DNA of 64,000 nt from NCBI GenBank assembly GCA_034530615.2, contig JAVRCV020000025.1, positions 161,453 through 225,452 of the forward strand. Direction: 5' to 3'. Positions 40,042 through 50,823 of this stretch are shown piece after piece (positions within the stretch are counted from its first letter, which is position 1; the number at the start of each line of letters is the position of its first letter). The position numbers were made by a program, and so were the translations under genes. The notes beneath the pieces are model-generated. The model was not told the origin of the DNA and ran no database searches. It saw only the letters and a list, made by a program, of their open reading frames with translations. This stretch comes from Aulosira sp. ZfuVER01. Its GTDB lineage: Bacteria; Cyanobacteriota; Cyanobacteriia; Cyanobacteriales; Nostocaceae.

Positions 40042-40644
40042 TTAACCTACTTTTACCATCCATACCAAAAAGCTCAGAATTTGTTCGATAGGAGGGAGAG
40101 AATAATCCATTAAATCAATTGTGATCGTTTGTTCTTCTAATTTGAGAAATCGCCACTGCGTACCGCTACTTACTGTTCCGTAAATTGTTGTGAGCGGTTG
40201 TTCTCTAGCTTGATTAAATCGCTATGCAGCTACCATTTCTGCAATACATTGTCCTAGCCCAGATTTGAGATCTGATTTTTTCGCCTCAACAATGACAATT
40301 GCTGGTGCTTCCACTGTTAATTGTTCTGAAGAACGACTGATGAGAAAATCGCATACTCCATTCAGTCCGACACTCGCATCAACGTTAAATTCTTCACCTG
40401 AAAAGACGCTAATTGTTGAATTTAAGATGCGTCGTACTTCTAGAAGAACGGGATTTATAATTACCTCATAACGTGCTTTTTCTGTATCTACAGCTATTGC
40501 CCAAGGTAAATATTCTAAAATACCTTGTAGTCTTTGGCTAGGAAAAATTTGTTCTATCGAGTCGGGAAAAAAACGAACTCCCTCTACAGCTTTGAGGTGA
40601 AAATCTTGTTTAACTTTATCGATGCTGAATTGACTATATAGCAT
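40042..40644 (-). pseudogene. Cyanobacterial PD-(D/E)XK-like hypothetical gene with an in-frame TAG at 40222-40224
   Basis: Reading continues in frame past the stop: EMVAA*RFNQAREQPLTTIYGTVSSGTQWRFLKL...VG-stop (40042); CDFLIS...IVEAKK motif. Confidence 0.8.
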
Positions 40645-40694
40645 GATAAGTAATCCCAATTTTAAACAATAATGTGACAGATTAATTTATGGTT

Positions 40695-43046
40695 TCACGC
40701 AACTATCTGCCATATTTTAATGGTTTGATCGGAACTACTACTAGCTAGGAATTTACCATCTGCACTTAAAGCAATAGAATTGACTTGTCCTGAATGTCCG
40801 GTAATTGTATGCAGCAGTTCGCCTGTGGAAATACGCCACATTTTGATGGTTGTGTCAGCACTACCACTCCAAAGTATTTCTCCATCAGGGCTAACGGCGA
40901 TGGATTTCACCTCATCAGAATGTCCAGTCAGGGTATTTAGTAGTTTACCTGCAATCGGATGCCAAATTTTGATGGTTGTGTCAGCACTACCGCTAAAGAG
41001 CAGTTTGCCATCAGGACTGATAGCTAACGATTTTATCCCAGCATCATGACCGATGAGCGTGCGCAATGGATCGCCAGTAAGCGGATTCCACAGCCTAATT
41101 TTACTATCAGAACTGCCACTGGCAAGGATTGTGCCATCTGGGCTGATGGCAGCAGCATCAACTACGGATGAATGCCAAAGAGTACAAATGCGATCGCCTT
41201 TATGCAGATGCCAAATCTTGATTTTATGACTGCCACTAGCAAGCAGCTGGCCATCTGGGCTAATGACTACTACGTTAACAGGTTTTTGATGCCCTAAGAG
41301 TGTATGCAGTAGTTTACCTGTTTTTAAATCCCATACCTTGACATTACTTTTAGGATGTTGACAGCTACCGACAGCCAAGTAATTACCATCAGAACTGACG
41401 GCTACGGAGGAAATTTCTCCTAAATTCTCTGTGAGAGTACGGATAAGTTCTCCTTTCTGGAGATTCCATACCTTGATAGTTTTGTCTGCACAGCCGCTGA
41501 CTAACATTTCTCTATCCGGTGCGATCGCAATCGATGATACATTACCTTTATGCCCAGTAAGGGTATGACAAAGGGTTACAGATTCTAGACTAGGTTGTTG
41601 ATGGAGATTGGCGATCGCTTGTAACAGCCTTTCAACTTCTAGAATACTTTGGCGATCGTCAACGAATGTGAAATATTCTCTTAACTTTGTCAGATATTCC
41701 CTATCTTCTATTCTCAGTACAGATTGCATCGCCTCTAAGGAATTATTTCCTTCTTGTACTGAAACTTGGCGTAGTTGCAACCATGTATTGATAGAATACT
41801 TAACCTGTTCTTTTGCCCAAGAGCGTAGTTTACCGCCGTAGGCATCGCTTAAGTAAGCTAAACTCACAGCTAATTGCAAAGCTAACTCTGGAATCCAGTA
41901 ACGTCGCTCTTGTTCTAGGGCTTGGTAAACTTGTTGATAGCCTGTAGCGATTGTTTGTACTGATTGTAAATCCAAAGTATCGTCAAGCAAGCTCATCAGT
42001 AACTCTGGCAGTAGGGGAGGTACATCATGATGAATCAGGTGATAAATATCCGCCACCCAGCTAGCAATCAGACGATGACAGTTGATTAGTACTTGGCAAA
42101 GTCTTTCAAAGTCCTGATGATTAATTTCATACTCCAGGGATAACTTATTAATATCAATACCTTGATTTTGCCATTTTTCGGCTTTTTCTAAAATTGCTAA
42201 ATTTCTTACGTTATCTCTACCAATCGTATTAATTTCGTCTAAATCTTCTCCTAGCAACAACAATTCATCTCTGATTTTCTGCCATTCTAAAGCTCGGCTT
42301 TTAGCAGAATCCTCCAAAATTTTCTTGTAAGGTAATCTTGAGATAGTTTTATAGTAATAATTGCTTTGCCCTAATCCCCAATAAGCAATCCGAAAATTTA
42401 AATAATCTCCATCATGCTCTGACTCTAAAATTAAAATAGGCTCTGTTTTTAACATACTAAACAGAGCCTTAATACTGGATTCACTATGAAAACGTTTACT
42501 ATCCCAAGCGCCTGCTAAAAATTCTGTTGGTCTAACTGAATTGTGGAGCGAGTAATGCTTGTTAATAAATTCTCGTAAACCTTCGGCTAACATTAACTCA
42601 ATTTCTGGAATTACTTCATTTTTCTTGGCAAACCTGTCATATTCCAGTTGTGGAGGGGCAATAAAAATTTTTAATGGAGTACGTCCATAATTACTGTAAG
42701 ATTCTAAAATCTGCGAAGGATATAACCTTAAAGGCCAGCTTTCGAGAATTTTGTGAACTTCTGGGAGCTTGAGTGCAGTTTCTCGCTCTTTTTGAGTTAT
42801 TTCTAATAAAGTTTGATGTTGATAAACAGCTAATTGATGTTGCAGGCGTTTTTCTTGCGTCAATCCTACTTCATAGTTAAAATTTGCCGTAGCACTATTG
42901 AAAGATTGATCTGATTCAGAAATTGTCAGTGGAATTTCGTAATTAGTTGCATTTAAGCTGGTCTCCATCCGCTTTTGGATGAAAGATGCGATCGCAGGTG
43001 CAAACTCTATAACTAACTGTATAAGTAATCTGATTCCTTGCTCCAT
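40695..43046 (-). CDS. WD40-repeat protein with a long N-terminal domain
   Basis: About 7 C-terminal GH...SGS.D.TIKIW repeats. Confidence 0.9.
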   Translation of the reverse strand: MEQGIRLLIQLVIEFAPAIASFIQKRMETSLNATNYEIPLTISESDQSFNSATANFNYEVGLTQEKRLQHQLAVYQHQTLLEITQKERETALKLPEVHKILESWPLRLYPSQILESYSNYGRTPLKIFIAPPQLEYDRFAKKNEVIPEIELMLAEGLREFINKHYSLHNSVRPTEFLAGAWDSKRFHSESSIKALFSMLKTEPILILESEHDGDYLNFRIAYWGLGQSNYYYKTISRLPYKKILEDSAKSRALEWQKIRDELLLLGEDLDEINTIGRDNVRNLAILEKAEKWQNQGIDINKLSLEYEINHQDFERLCQVLINCHRLIASWVADIYHLIHHDVPPLLPELLMSLLDDTLDLQSVQTIATGYQQVYQALEQERRYWIPELALQLAVSLAYLSDAYGGKLRSWAKEQVKYSINTWLQLRQVSVQEGNNSLEAMQSVLRIEDREYLTKLREYFTFVDDRQSILEVERLLQAIANLHQQPSLESVTLCHTLTGHKGNVSSIAIAPDREMLVSGCADKTIKVWNLQKGELIRTLTENLGEISSVAVSSDGNYLAVGSCQHPKSNVKVWDLKTGKLLHTLLGHQKPVNVVVISPDGQLLASGSHKIKIWHLHKGDRICTLWHSSVVDAAAISPDGTILASGSSDSKIRLWNPLTGDPLRTLIGHDAGIKSLAISPDGKLLFSGSADTTIKIWHPIAGKLLNTLTGHSDEVKSIAVSPDGEILWSGSADTTIKMWRISTGELLHTITGHSGQVNSIALSADGKFLASSSSDQTIKIWQIVA
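41823..41848. mobile_element. Small dispersed repeat (SDR5-like) inserted in a HIP1 site within the WD40 gene
   Basis: GCG-[TAGTTTACCGCCGTAGGC]-ATCGC: removing the 18 nt restores GCGATCGC and keeps the frame. Confidence 0.7.
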
Positions 43047-43288
43047 AAGGAGATTTCTGTTTAACGAATAATAGTAAAAACTAGCTTAATTGTTTTACTA
43101 TTTTTGCCATTAATTAAGTAAAATAAATAGCTGGCGATTCAAAACCGCAGCTATCCAAACAGGAAGAACCTACACAAGGTTATACAGTACATCAAAATTA
43201 AAAGCTATTCAATATTTATATATACTAAATGGCTAACACCAGCGAGTGGTGTTTATTTTTATTCCTAATTTTAGTTGCAGAATAAAAA

Positions 43289-43678
43289 TTAAAATCTTAC
43301 TCCCACTTGTCCATTGAAGCCGCGAACAGAGTTGTAACCAGCACCTACAAAAATGTGATCTGTAGCGCCTACCTGAACACCACCAGAAACCGCAACACCT
43401 TTATCTTCTGAATAATACCCCAATCCTACATAAGGTGAAATTACTGGTAAATTAATAAATTTCAAAACATCTACCCCAGTAGAACCGTCAGGCCCAGTTC
43501 CGACTTCAACGCCTAAATTCAAAGCTCTAGCTCCCACCGCATAGGTGACATCGCCATCATTTCCACCCACTGACACCCAAGGTTGTGGTACTAACTGCGC
43601 TGAAGCCTGATTTGGACTGAAAAAAGTTAAAAAACCTAGCGATGCAATTAGTGTTTTGGCAATTACTGCTGTTTTCAC
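43289..43678 (-). CDS. Secreted small beta-rich (outer-membrane-like) protein
   Basis: Signal peptide ending ASA-Q, amphipathic strands, C-terminal VGVRF; AGGAGA upstream of GTG. Confidence 0.75.
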   Translation of the reverse strand: MKTAVIAKTLIASLGFLTFFSPNQASAQLVPQPWVSVGGNDGDVTYAVGARALNLGVEVGTGPDGSTGVDVLKFINLPVISPYVGLGYYSEDKGVAVSGGVQVGATDHIFVGAGYNSVRGFNGQVGVRF

Positions 43679-43813
43679 GTTATTCTCCTGAAATTACCTG
43701 TTAGATTTTAATTTATCTATGCTGTGTAATTATGACGGATTGCACTTTGCTTAAGTGCCCACTCAAATAATTTTCGATTAAGTTTGTAATAAGCACTTTA
43801 GATCTGAAAAATC

Positions 43814-43834
43814 TAGGACTGAAGTCCTAACTAC
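43814..43834 (-). repeat. GTAG-type REP-like hairpin
   Basis: Minus strand reads GTAGTTAGGACTTCAGTCCTA (stem TAGGACT/AGTCCTA). Confidence 0.65.
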
Positions 43835-43847
43835 GAAACTATTTATT

Positions 43848-44492
43848 ATGAGTAACTTACAAACAAAACTACTAACCGATACTTGGGTAACAGCTACTTG
43901 GGATGACTACATCCAAGTAATTGAAAATCCTGCCTACGAAAAAGCTAAGGGCTACTACTACAATCATAAAATGAGGATTGAAATGCTACCCGTAGGTAAT
44001 GACCACTCACGAGATCGCATAATTGTTATCCTTGCTGCTGGTAACTACGCAGCTGTTAAAGGTATACCTCTGAATGGTAAGGATAATTGCACTTACCGTA
44101 AAACAGGCTTTAATGATGCACAGCCTGATGTTTCTTATTACATTGGTGAAAATGCCGATGTGATTCCTTGGGGAACTTCTATAATTAACCTTGATAACTA
44201 TCCGCCCCCAAATTTGGTTATTGAAGTTGCGAATACGTCTCTTGCAGATGACAAAGGTGAAAAACGTCTACTTTATGAAGAATTAGGAGTAGATGAATAC
44301 TGGATTATAGATGTACAGAATGTCCAAGTAATTGCTTTTGCTGTTGCTAATGGTGGGAGTCGCAAAATTACTCAATCTCAGGTATTACCAGGATTAGAAA
44401 TTTCTCTTTTAGAAGAAGCTTTCCGTCGTACTCGTCAAATGAATCAAAGTCAAGTTGTTGCTTGGCTATTATCCCAATTTCAGCAATCTTGA
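43848..44492 (+). CDS. Uma2 family (DUF820) PD-(D/E)XK endonuclease-like protein
   Basis: QPDVSYY, PPNLVIEVANTS, KRLLYEELGVDEYWIID. Confidence 0.9.
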   Translation: MSNLQTKLLTDTWVTATWDDYIQVIENPAYEKAKGYYYNHKMRIEMLPVGNDHSRDRIIVILAAGNYAAVKGIPLNGKDNCTYRKTGFNDAQPDVSYYIGENADVIPWGTSIINLDNYPPPNLVIEVANTSLADDKGEKRLLYEELGVDEYWIIDVQNVQVIAFAVANGGSRKITQSQVLPGLEISLLEEAFRRTRQMNQSQVVAWLLSQFQQS

Positions 44493-44607
44493 ATCACTAT
44501 TTCTTTCTTCTCTGTGTCTGTGTGGTTAATTTATTGCTGTAAATCCAAAATAATATTCACTTCCTGGCTGAAAGAACCAGGAGTGTTAAGAAAAAATGCC
44601 TGCATCA

Positions 44608-45294
44608 TTACAAACGCTGTAGTAGGCTTAAACCGTGGGTATCAGTACCACAGGTATTGAAAAGTCGGTATTCACCAGCCAAATGTTGTATCTGTTCTGA
44701 TTCCACAGCACTAGGCCTCCAAGGGTTGGGGTTGTTGTAAGCGTAGAAGGTTTCTACACCATCAATTCCCTTTTCCGCCGCCGCCGGAATCAAATCTAAG
44801 TGCGATCGCCTGTAACGCGCTGGATGGGCTAGTACAGCTAATCCCCCAGCTTCATGAATAGCAGCAATTACGTTATTTGCTTGATATTCTTTGCCTGTAG
44901 TCGCTTTTCTTTGTAAATAGGGTTTCATGCTGCTGTGTTCTGGCTGGAAAGAGTAAGCCAAAATATGCACTTCAATATCCAGAAGGTTGGCATTAATTTC
45001 CACACCACTCCACAGGTGAGGAATGCTCACACCCGGATTATTCCACTTCCAATCTTCTAACCAAGCTTTTGCTGCTTGATAGCCACCAATAGTATGATGG
45101 TCGGTGATTGCCAGTCCTTGTACTCCAATGGCGATCGCTTGTTCCATTAAGGTATGTGGTTGCAATCTGCCATCAGAGTGGACAGTGTGCATATGAAAGT
45201 TGAATATTTTCGGGCAACTTTGAGCATCAATATTCTCAAATACTTGCTTTAAAATTTCCGTAGAAGCAGAAGTCCGAGCAAAATTTACAACCAT
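44608..45294 (-). CDS. PHP domain metal-dependent phosphoesterase
   Basis: HMHTVHSDG, AITDHH, GVEI, LAHPARY, GTDTHG. Likely start MVVNF at 45294. Confidence 0.9.
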   Translation of the reverse strand: MVVNFARTSASTEILKQVFENIDAQSCPKIFNFHMHTVHSDGRLQPHTLMEQAIAIGVQGLAITDHHTIGGYQAAKAWLEDWKWNNPGVSIPHLWSGVEINANLLDIEVHILAYSFQPEHSSMKPYLQRKATTGKEYQANNVIAAIHEAGGLAVLAHPARYRRSHLDLIPAAAEKGIDGVETFYAYNNPNPWRPSAVESEQIQHLAGEYRLFNTCGTDTHGLSLLQRL

Positions 45295-45612
45295 AACCCC
45301 CTCTGAGATAAAAATTACATTGTTCTCAATCCGCCAACACACCACACATATCCAGATAACAAACCACCAACACTGTAAGCTAGTGCTGGTAGGTATTTTC
45401 TCGAATTCGACCGCAAATTTTTCAATATGTTAAGACTACGTTAGCAAATCTCAACGCTGACGGCCATGAGTATTTTCAATTGCAATAATCAGAATAGGTA
45501 ACAAATACTGCCAAAATCTCATTGCAGATAATTTAGACATCATTAAGCTTGGTAAAGTGCTTTCTCATACCAAACTTCAATATCCTTTATTTACCTGTAT
45601 CAATTTCTGCAT

Positions 45613-46641
45613 TTATTTCAGCAATCCCACTAGTGAATTAGAACCAGAAATTACTTCACCGATCGCAAAAGCTGGAATATCTTGTGATTGAAAGTAGGTA
45701 ATTGCTTGTTCTACGTGCTGGGGTGGAACTAATAGCACAAAGCCAATACCCATATTGAAAGTGTTGTACATCGCTTCTGGACTTACTCCTCCAGCTTCAG
45801 CCAACCACTGAAATACAGGGGGGATCGCCCAACTATTGGGATCAATTTGAATTGCTTGACCTGTTCCTAAACATCTGGGTAAATTTTCTGGCAAACCACC
45901 ACCTGTGATGTGTGCCATACCGTGAATTTCTAAACCTGCTTGACGTGCAGCTAGCACGGGTTTGACGTAAATGCGTGTAGGTGTGAGGAAAGTTTCTCCG
46001 ATAGTTTCGCCACCTAATAACTCTGGGCGATCAGTCCAATCGAATTCGCGATCGCTAGCAATCTTTCGTACTAAACTCAAGCCATTACTATGTATACCAG
46101 AACTAGCAAGAGCGATCGCTACATCTCCTATTTGGACTTGGGAACCATCTAGCATCTGGCTTTTTTCGACAATTCCCACCGAAAATCCAGCCAAGTCATA
46201 CTCACCCACTTGGTAGAAACCAGGCATTTCTGCTGTTTCTCCTCCTAGCAAAGCACAACCAGCTTGCTTACATCCAGAGGCGATACCCGCAACCACCTCA
46301 GTTAGTTGCTCTTTCTCCAACTTACCTGTTGCCAAATAATCTAAGAAAAACAACGGTTCTGCCCCAGATGTCAACACATCATTGACGCACATCGCCACTA
46401 AATCAATACCTACAGTGTCATGGCGGTTGAGAATTTGAGCGATTTTTAGCTTTGTACCTACGCCATCTGTCCCGGAAACTAATACTGGTTCCCGGAAACC
46501 GCCTGGAAGTTGGAAGCAACCACCAAAACCACCCAGTCCACCAATAACCTCCGGTCTAAAGGTGCTGTGAACCAAATTGCGAATTTGATCTACAAAGGCT
46601 CGACCAGCCTCAACATCAACCCCGGCATCGCGATAATCCAT
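45613..46641 (-). CDS. purM: Phosphoribosylformylglycinamidine cyclo-ligase (AIR synthetase)
   Basis: [42 protein letters not shown]. Confidence 0.97.
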   Translation of the reverse strand: MDYRDAGVDVEAGRAFVDQIRNLVHSTFRPEVIGGLGGFGGCFQLPGGFREPVLVSGTDGVGTKLKIAQILNRHDTVGIDLVAMCVNDVLTSGAEPLFFLDYLATGKLEKEQLTEVVAGIASGCKQAGCALLGGETAEMPGFYQVGEYDLAGFSVGIVEKSQMLDGSQVQIGDVAIALASSGIHSNGLSLVRKIASDREFDWTDRPELLGGETIGETFLTPTRIYVKPVLAARQAGLEIHGMAHITGGGLPENLPRCLGTGQAIQIDPNSWAIPPVFQWLAEAGGVSPEAMYNTFNMGIGFVLLVPPQHVEQAITYFQSQDIPAFAIGEVISGSNSLVGLLK

Positions 46642-46762
46642 TCCTGACTGCACTGTTATCAATTTGTTACAAACTCAGACCATCATCATACATCTTTATA
46701 TTGTGGTACAGCTTTGGCTATGCACAATTTCTCTAGGAATGAGTTAAAAACCACTACAAATC

Positions 46763-48583
46763 TTAAGTTTTTGCTTTTACTGATTTTTTATACCTATCTG
46801 GATACTTCCGTTGGAAATATTCTTCCATAATTTCTAAAATCATCGGGGCTGCAATGCTACCGCCGCCGCCACCGGAATGTTCAGCAAAGGCTACTATCAA
46901 TAACTCTGGCTTGTCAGATGGGGCATAAGCACCAAACCAAGCGTGATTTTGTTTCACACCCCGGTTCCAGGCTTCGGCTGTGCCACTCTTACCAGATACA
47001 GGGGGAATTGTCTGTTGATTCAACGCTTTACCTGTACCTTCAGCTACCACCTTCCGCAGTCCTTCCCGCAGAACCTTAATAGTTGTCGGTTTCATATCTA
47101 ATGATGAACGCCAATTTTTTGCCTCTTCATGATCTTTGAGTAAATGTGGCTGAACTCGATAGCCACCATTAGCGGGCACAGCAAACATAATCGCAACTTG
47201 TAGGGGTGTGGTTTGTAAAGCACCTTGACCAATTGACATATTGATACTGTCGCCTACAGTCCAAGGCATTTTCCACACTTTCCGCTTCCATGTTTCATCG
47301 GGAACTAAACCTTTAGTTTCTTCAGAAGCAAACTCAAAGCCTGTTTTTTGCCCAAATCCATACTTACGAGTCCATTCAATTAAAGTCGGGCCACCAACTG
47401 CCCTCCCAATTTGATAGAAGAAGGTATCACTACTCCACTGTAATGCTCCAACAAAACCCAAAGGCCCGAAGCCGGCGTGGTTCCATTCACCAAAAGTAGT
47501 ACCACCAATATTCAAGGAACCGTAGGTTTGTAGGACTGTGCTGGGAGAAAATTTACCCGATTCCAACCCTGCTGTTGTGGTGACAATTTTGAAGGTACTA
47601 GCAGGGGGAAAAGCGCTGAGGGCGCGATTGACCAAGGGATGTTCTGCACCTTGTACCGTTTCCCAATCTTTTTGCGAGAGTTTCTGCTTGGAGAAAATAT
47701 TGGGATCGAAGGTAGGGTGAGACACCATTGCTAAGACAGCACCGTTGTTGGGATCGAGTGCCACGATCGCACCATTGCGATTACCCAAAGCTTTTTCCGC
47801 TGTCCGTTGCATGTCCAAATCTATGGTCAAGTGCAAATCGTTACCAGCCTTTGCTTGTTTTTCTCCTAAAACCCGCAGTGGTCGCCCAGCACCATCCACT
47901 TCTACCTGTTGACCGCCCCATTCGCCTCTAAGTGTTTTCTCATAAGCTTTTTCGATCCCCATTTGACCGATGACATCTCCCAAGCGATAGCCATCTTGCT
48001 TCTTATCTTTTAACTGTTCGGGTGTCAGTTCACGAGTATAGCCCAGTACATGAGCTACTTCCTTGCCGTGGGGATAATAACGCACAGCTTCCAGATGGAT
48101 TTCTACATCTGTTAGTTCGCTTTGATACTCTTTTAATGCGGTAATTTCAGCTTCATTGAGATCCCGCGCAATTCTAATCAGCGATGAAGAATTCCTACCT
48201 GCTTCTTCTAGCTTTTTCTCAATTTCTGCTTGAGGAATTTCCAGAATTTTGGAGAGACGCGCACCCACCACTGGCCAAGAAGGTTTGGTGTGAGCCATTG
48301 GCCATAAATATACAGAACGCGGATAGCGAGTACTAGCTAAAAGTTTGCCATTGCGGTCAAAAATATTACCCCTTTCTGGCTGTTTGGGGATCATTCTAAT
48401 GCGGTTGGACTCGGCTCGCTTGCGGTGATTTGGACCTTCAACGATTTGCAAGTATGCCAAACGCGCACCTATGGCACTTGTCGTTAATAGAGTAAATACA
48501 ATCAGAAATATTGCCTGAAAGCTTCTGCCAACTGTACGTGTATTTTTCTGATTGCCAAATGGATTTGGTTGCAATAATGCCAT
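46763..48583 (-). CDS. mrdA: Penicillin-binding protein 2 (class B), copy 1
   Basis: RGNIFDRNG, PPASTFK (SxxK), SSD, KSGT, HAWFGAYAP. Confidence 0.93.
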   Translation of the reverse strand: MALLQPNPFGNQKNTRTVGRSFQAIFLIVFTLLTTSAIGARLAYLQIVEGPNHRKRAESNRIRMIPKQPERGNIFDRNGKLLASTRYPRSVYLWPMAHTKPSWPVVGARLSKILEIPQAEIEKKLEEAGRNSSSLIRIARDLNEAEITALKEYQSELTDVEIHLEAVRYYPHGKEVAHVLGYTRELTPEQLKDKKQDGYRLGDVIGQMGIEKAYEKTLRGEWGGQQVEVDGAGRPLRVLGEKQAKAGNDLHLTIDLDMQRTAEKALGNRNGAIVALDPNNGAVLAMVSHPTFDPNIFSKQKLSQKDWETVQGAEHPLVNRALSAFPPASTFKIVTTTAGLESGKFSPSTVLQTYGSLNIGGTTFGEWNHAGFGPLGFVGALQWSSDTFFYQIGRAVGGPTLIEWTRKYGFGQKTGFEFASEETKGLVPDETWKRKVWKMPWTVGDSINMSIGQGALQTTPLQVAIMFAVPANGGYRVQPHLLKDHEEAKNWRSSLDMKPTTIKVLREGLRKVVAEGTGKALNQQTIPPVSGKSGTAEAWNRGVKQNHAWFGAYAPSDKPELLIVAFAEHSGGGGGSIAAPMILEIMEEYFQRKYPDRYKKSVKAKT

Positions 48584-48768
48584 AAAACAATAAGTACTGC
48601 AAAATTAATATTATGCGTATACAATTATGCTGAGTCTGTACCCGGCATTAAATACTATTTCACTGGGAAAAGTATAAAGGATGAAGTACTAGCTATGCAC
48701 TTCAGCCTTTATCCTCAAAAGTCAAAATTCAAAAGTCTAGAATTTTTGAACCAATGACCATTGACATA

Positions 48769-50613
48769 TTAGTCTCCAGTGCTACCTCCAGCATTCTGAT
48801 TCTTACCTTCAGATTCAGGTTTTTGATACTTGCCTGGATACTTATGTTGAAAATAAGCTTCTAGCACTTGTAACGCCATTGGGCCACAAACAGTACCACC
48901 GTGATCCCCAGAGTTTTCACCAAAGGCTACCACAACAATTTCTGGCTTATCGCTGGGTGCATAAGCGCCAAACCAAGTGTGATTTGGGCGACCAGCACCG
49001 GCTTCAGCAGTACCACTTTTGCCTGAGGCTGGGGCAATTGTTGGCACATTCAACCGCTTACCTGTACCATCACTTACCACCTTCCGCAATCCGTCCCGGA
49101 GAACTTTGATGGTTGTTGGCTTCATATTTAATGAAACTCGCCAGCTTTTTGCTTCTTCATGGTCTTTGAGCAAATGCGGCTTGACTCGATAGCCGCCGTT
49201 AGCAGGGACAGAAAACATAATTGCTGATTGCAGAGGTGTCACCTGTAAAGCACCTTGACCAATTGACATATTGATAGTGTCACCTACAGTCCAAGGTATT
49301 TTCCAGGTTTTCTGCTTCCAATTTTCATCTGGTACTAAACCTTTTGATTCTTCGTTGGCAAACTCAATCCCAGTTTTTTGACCAAACCCATATTTGCGAC
49401 TCCAGGCGATCAAATCTGGCCCGCCAACTCTTCTACCAACTTGATAAAAGAAGGTATCACTACTCATGGCGAGTGCACCTGGAAATCCCAAAGGACCGAA
49501 TCCGGCGTGGTTCCATTCACCAAAGGTTACGCCACCTACAGTCAAGGAACCGAAGGTTTGTAATACTGTGTCAGGCGAAAACTTTCCTGTTTCCAAGCCG
49601 GCTGACGCGGTAATAATTTTGAAGGTACTAGCTGGTGGAAAGGCACTTAAAGAGCGATTGACTAAGGGATGATCTTTACCTTGTACAGTTTCCCAATCCT
49701 TTTGAGAGAGTTTTTGCTTGGAAAAAATATTCGGGTCAAATGTAGGGTGAGAGGCCATTGCTAAGACAGAGCCAGTATTGGGATCAATTGCTACAACTGC
49801 ACCTTGAAATTTCCCTAAAGCGTTGTCTGCTGCTTTTTGCAAATTTAAATCTATGGTCAAGTGCAAATCGTTACCAGCTTTGGCCTGCTTTTCTCCTAAA
49901 ACCCGGATGGGACGACCAGCACCATCTACTTCTACCTGCTGACCACCCCATTCGCCTCTGAGTGCTTTCTCATAGGCTTTTTCCACACCCATTTGCCCAA
50001 TGACATCTCCCAGCCTGTAGCCTTCTGCCTTTCTGTCTTTTAACTGTTCCGCAGTTAATTCTCTTGTATATCCGAGTACATGAGCTAATGCTGCGCCGTG
50101 GGGATAGTAGCGAACAGCTTCCGTATTAATTTCTACCTCAGGGAGTTCGTTGGCATACTCTTTTAATGCCGTGATTTGTGCCTCGTTGATATCGCGTGCA
50201 ATCCGGATGAGTGAAGAAGAATTAGCACCTGCCTGTTGGAGTTTCTTTTCCATGTCATCTTGGCTAATGTTAAGAATTTTCTCCAGGCGGGGTGCGACAA
50301 CTGACCATGAAGGCTTAGTGTGAGCCATTGGCCACAAATATACAGAATGAGGATAGCGAGTACTAGCTAAAAGTTTGCCATTGCGGTCGAAAATATTGCC
50401 CCGTTCTGGTTGTTTAGCAATCATACGAATGCGGTTAGATTCGGCTCTATGACGCAGTTTTGGCCCTTCGACAATTTGCAAATAAGCTAGACGAGCATCA
50501 ATCCCAGCCGTCATCAATAATGTAAATCCGATTAAAAATATTGATTGAAAACCACGACCAACTGTACGTGTATCTCTTTTGCTACCTGGTAGAGCTGATG
50601 GTAATAAATCCAT
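48769..50613 (-). CDS. mrdA: Penicillin-binding protein 2 (class B), copy 2
   Basis: Same motifs; collinear tandem paralogue. Confidence 0.93.
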   Translation of the reverse strand: MDLLPSALPGSKRDTRTVGRGFQSIFLIGFTLLMTAGIDARLAYLQIVEGPKLRHRAESNRIRMIAKQPERGNIFDRNGKLLASTRYPHSVYLWPMAHTKPSWSVVAPRLEKILNISQDDMEKKLQQAGANSSSLIRIARDINEAQITALKEYANELPEVEINTEAVRYYPHGAALAHVLGYTRELTAEQLKDRKAEGYRLGDVIGQMGVEKAYEKALRGEWGGQQVEVDGAGRPIRVLGEKQAKAGNDLHLTIDLNLQKAADNALGKFQGAVVAIDPNTGSVLAMASHPTFDPNIFSKQKLSQKDWETVQGKDHPLVNRSLSAFPPASTFKIITASAGLETGKFSPDTVLQTFGSLTVGGVTFGEWNHAGFGPLGFPGALAMSSDTFFYQVGRRVGGPDLIAWSRKYGFGQKTGIEFANEESKGLVPDENWKQKTWKIPWTVGDTINMSIGQGALQVTPLQSAIMFSVPANGGYRVKPHLLKDHEEAKSWRVSLNMKPTTIKVLRDGLRKVVSDGTGKRLNVPTIAPASGKSGTAEAGAGRPNHTWFGAYAPSDKPEIVVVAFGENSGDHGGTVCGPMALQVLEAYFQHKYPGKYQKPESEGKNQNAGGSTGD

Positions 50614-50823
50614 AAAACAAGATTATGATGGCGAAATTTAGTATTACTTGTATACACGAGCTTATAAACGGCTACTCAGTAAGAATCGTCAAATAATTAC
50701 GAGAATATCTTCCCAATCAATTGTTTTTGACGGATACAATGAACCAAAGTGCTTGGGTAGGCTGCTTAATAGACTACCTCAAAGGGCACAATCACGTAAG
50801 CTCATGGCATTTTACTGAGGATT

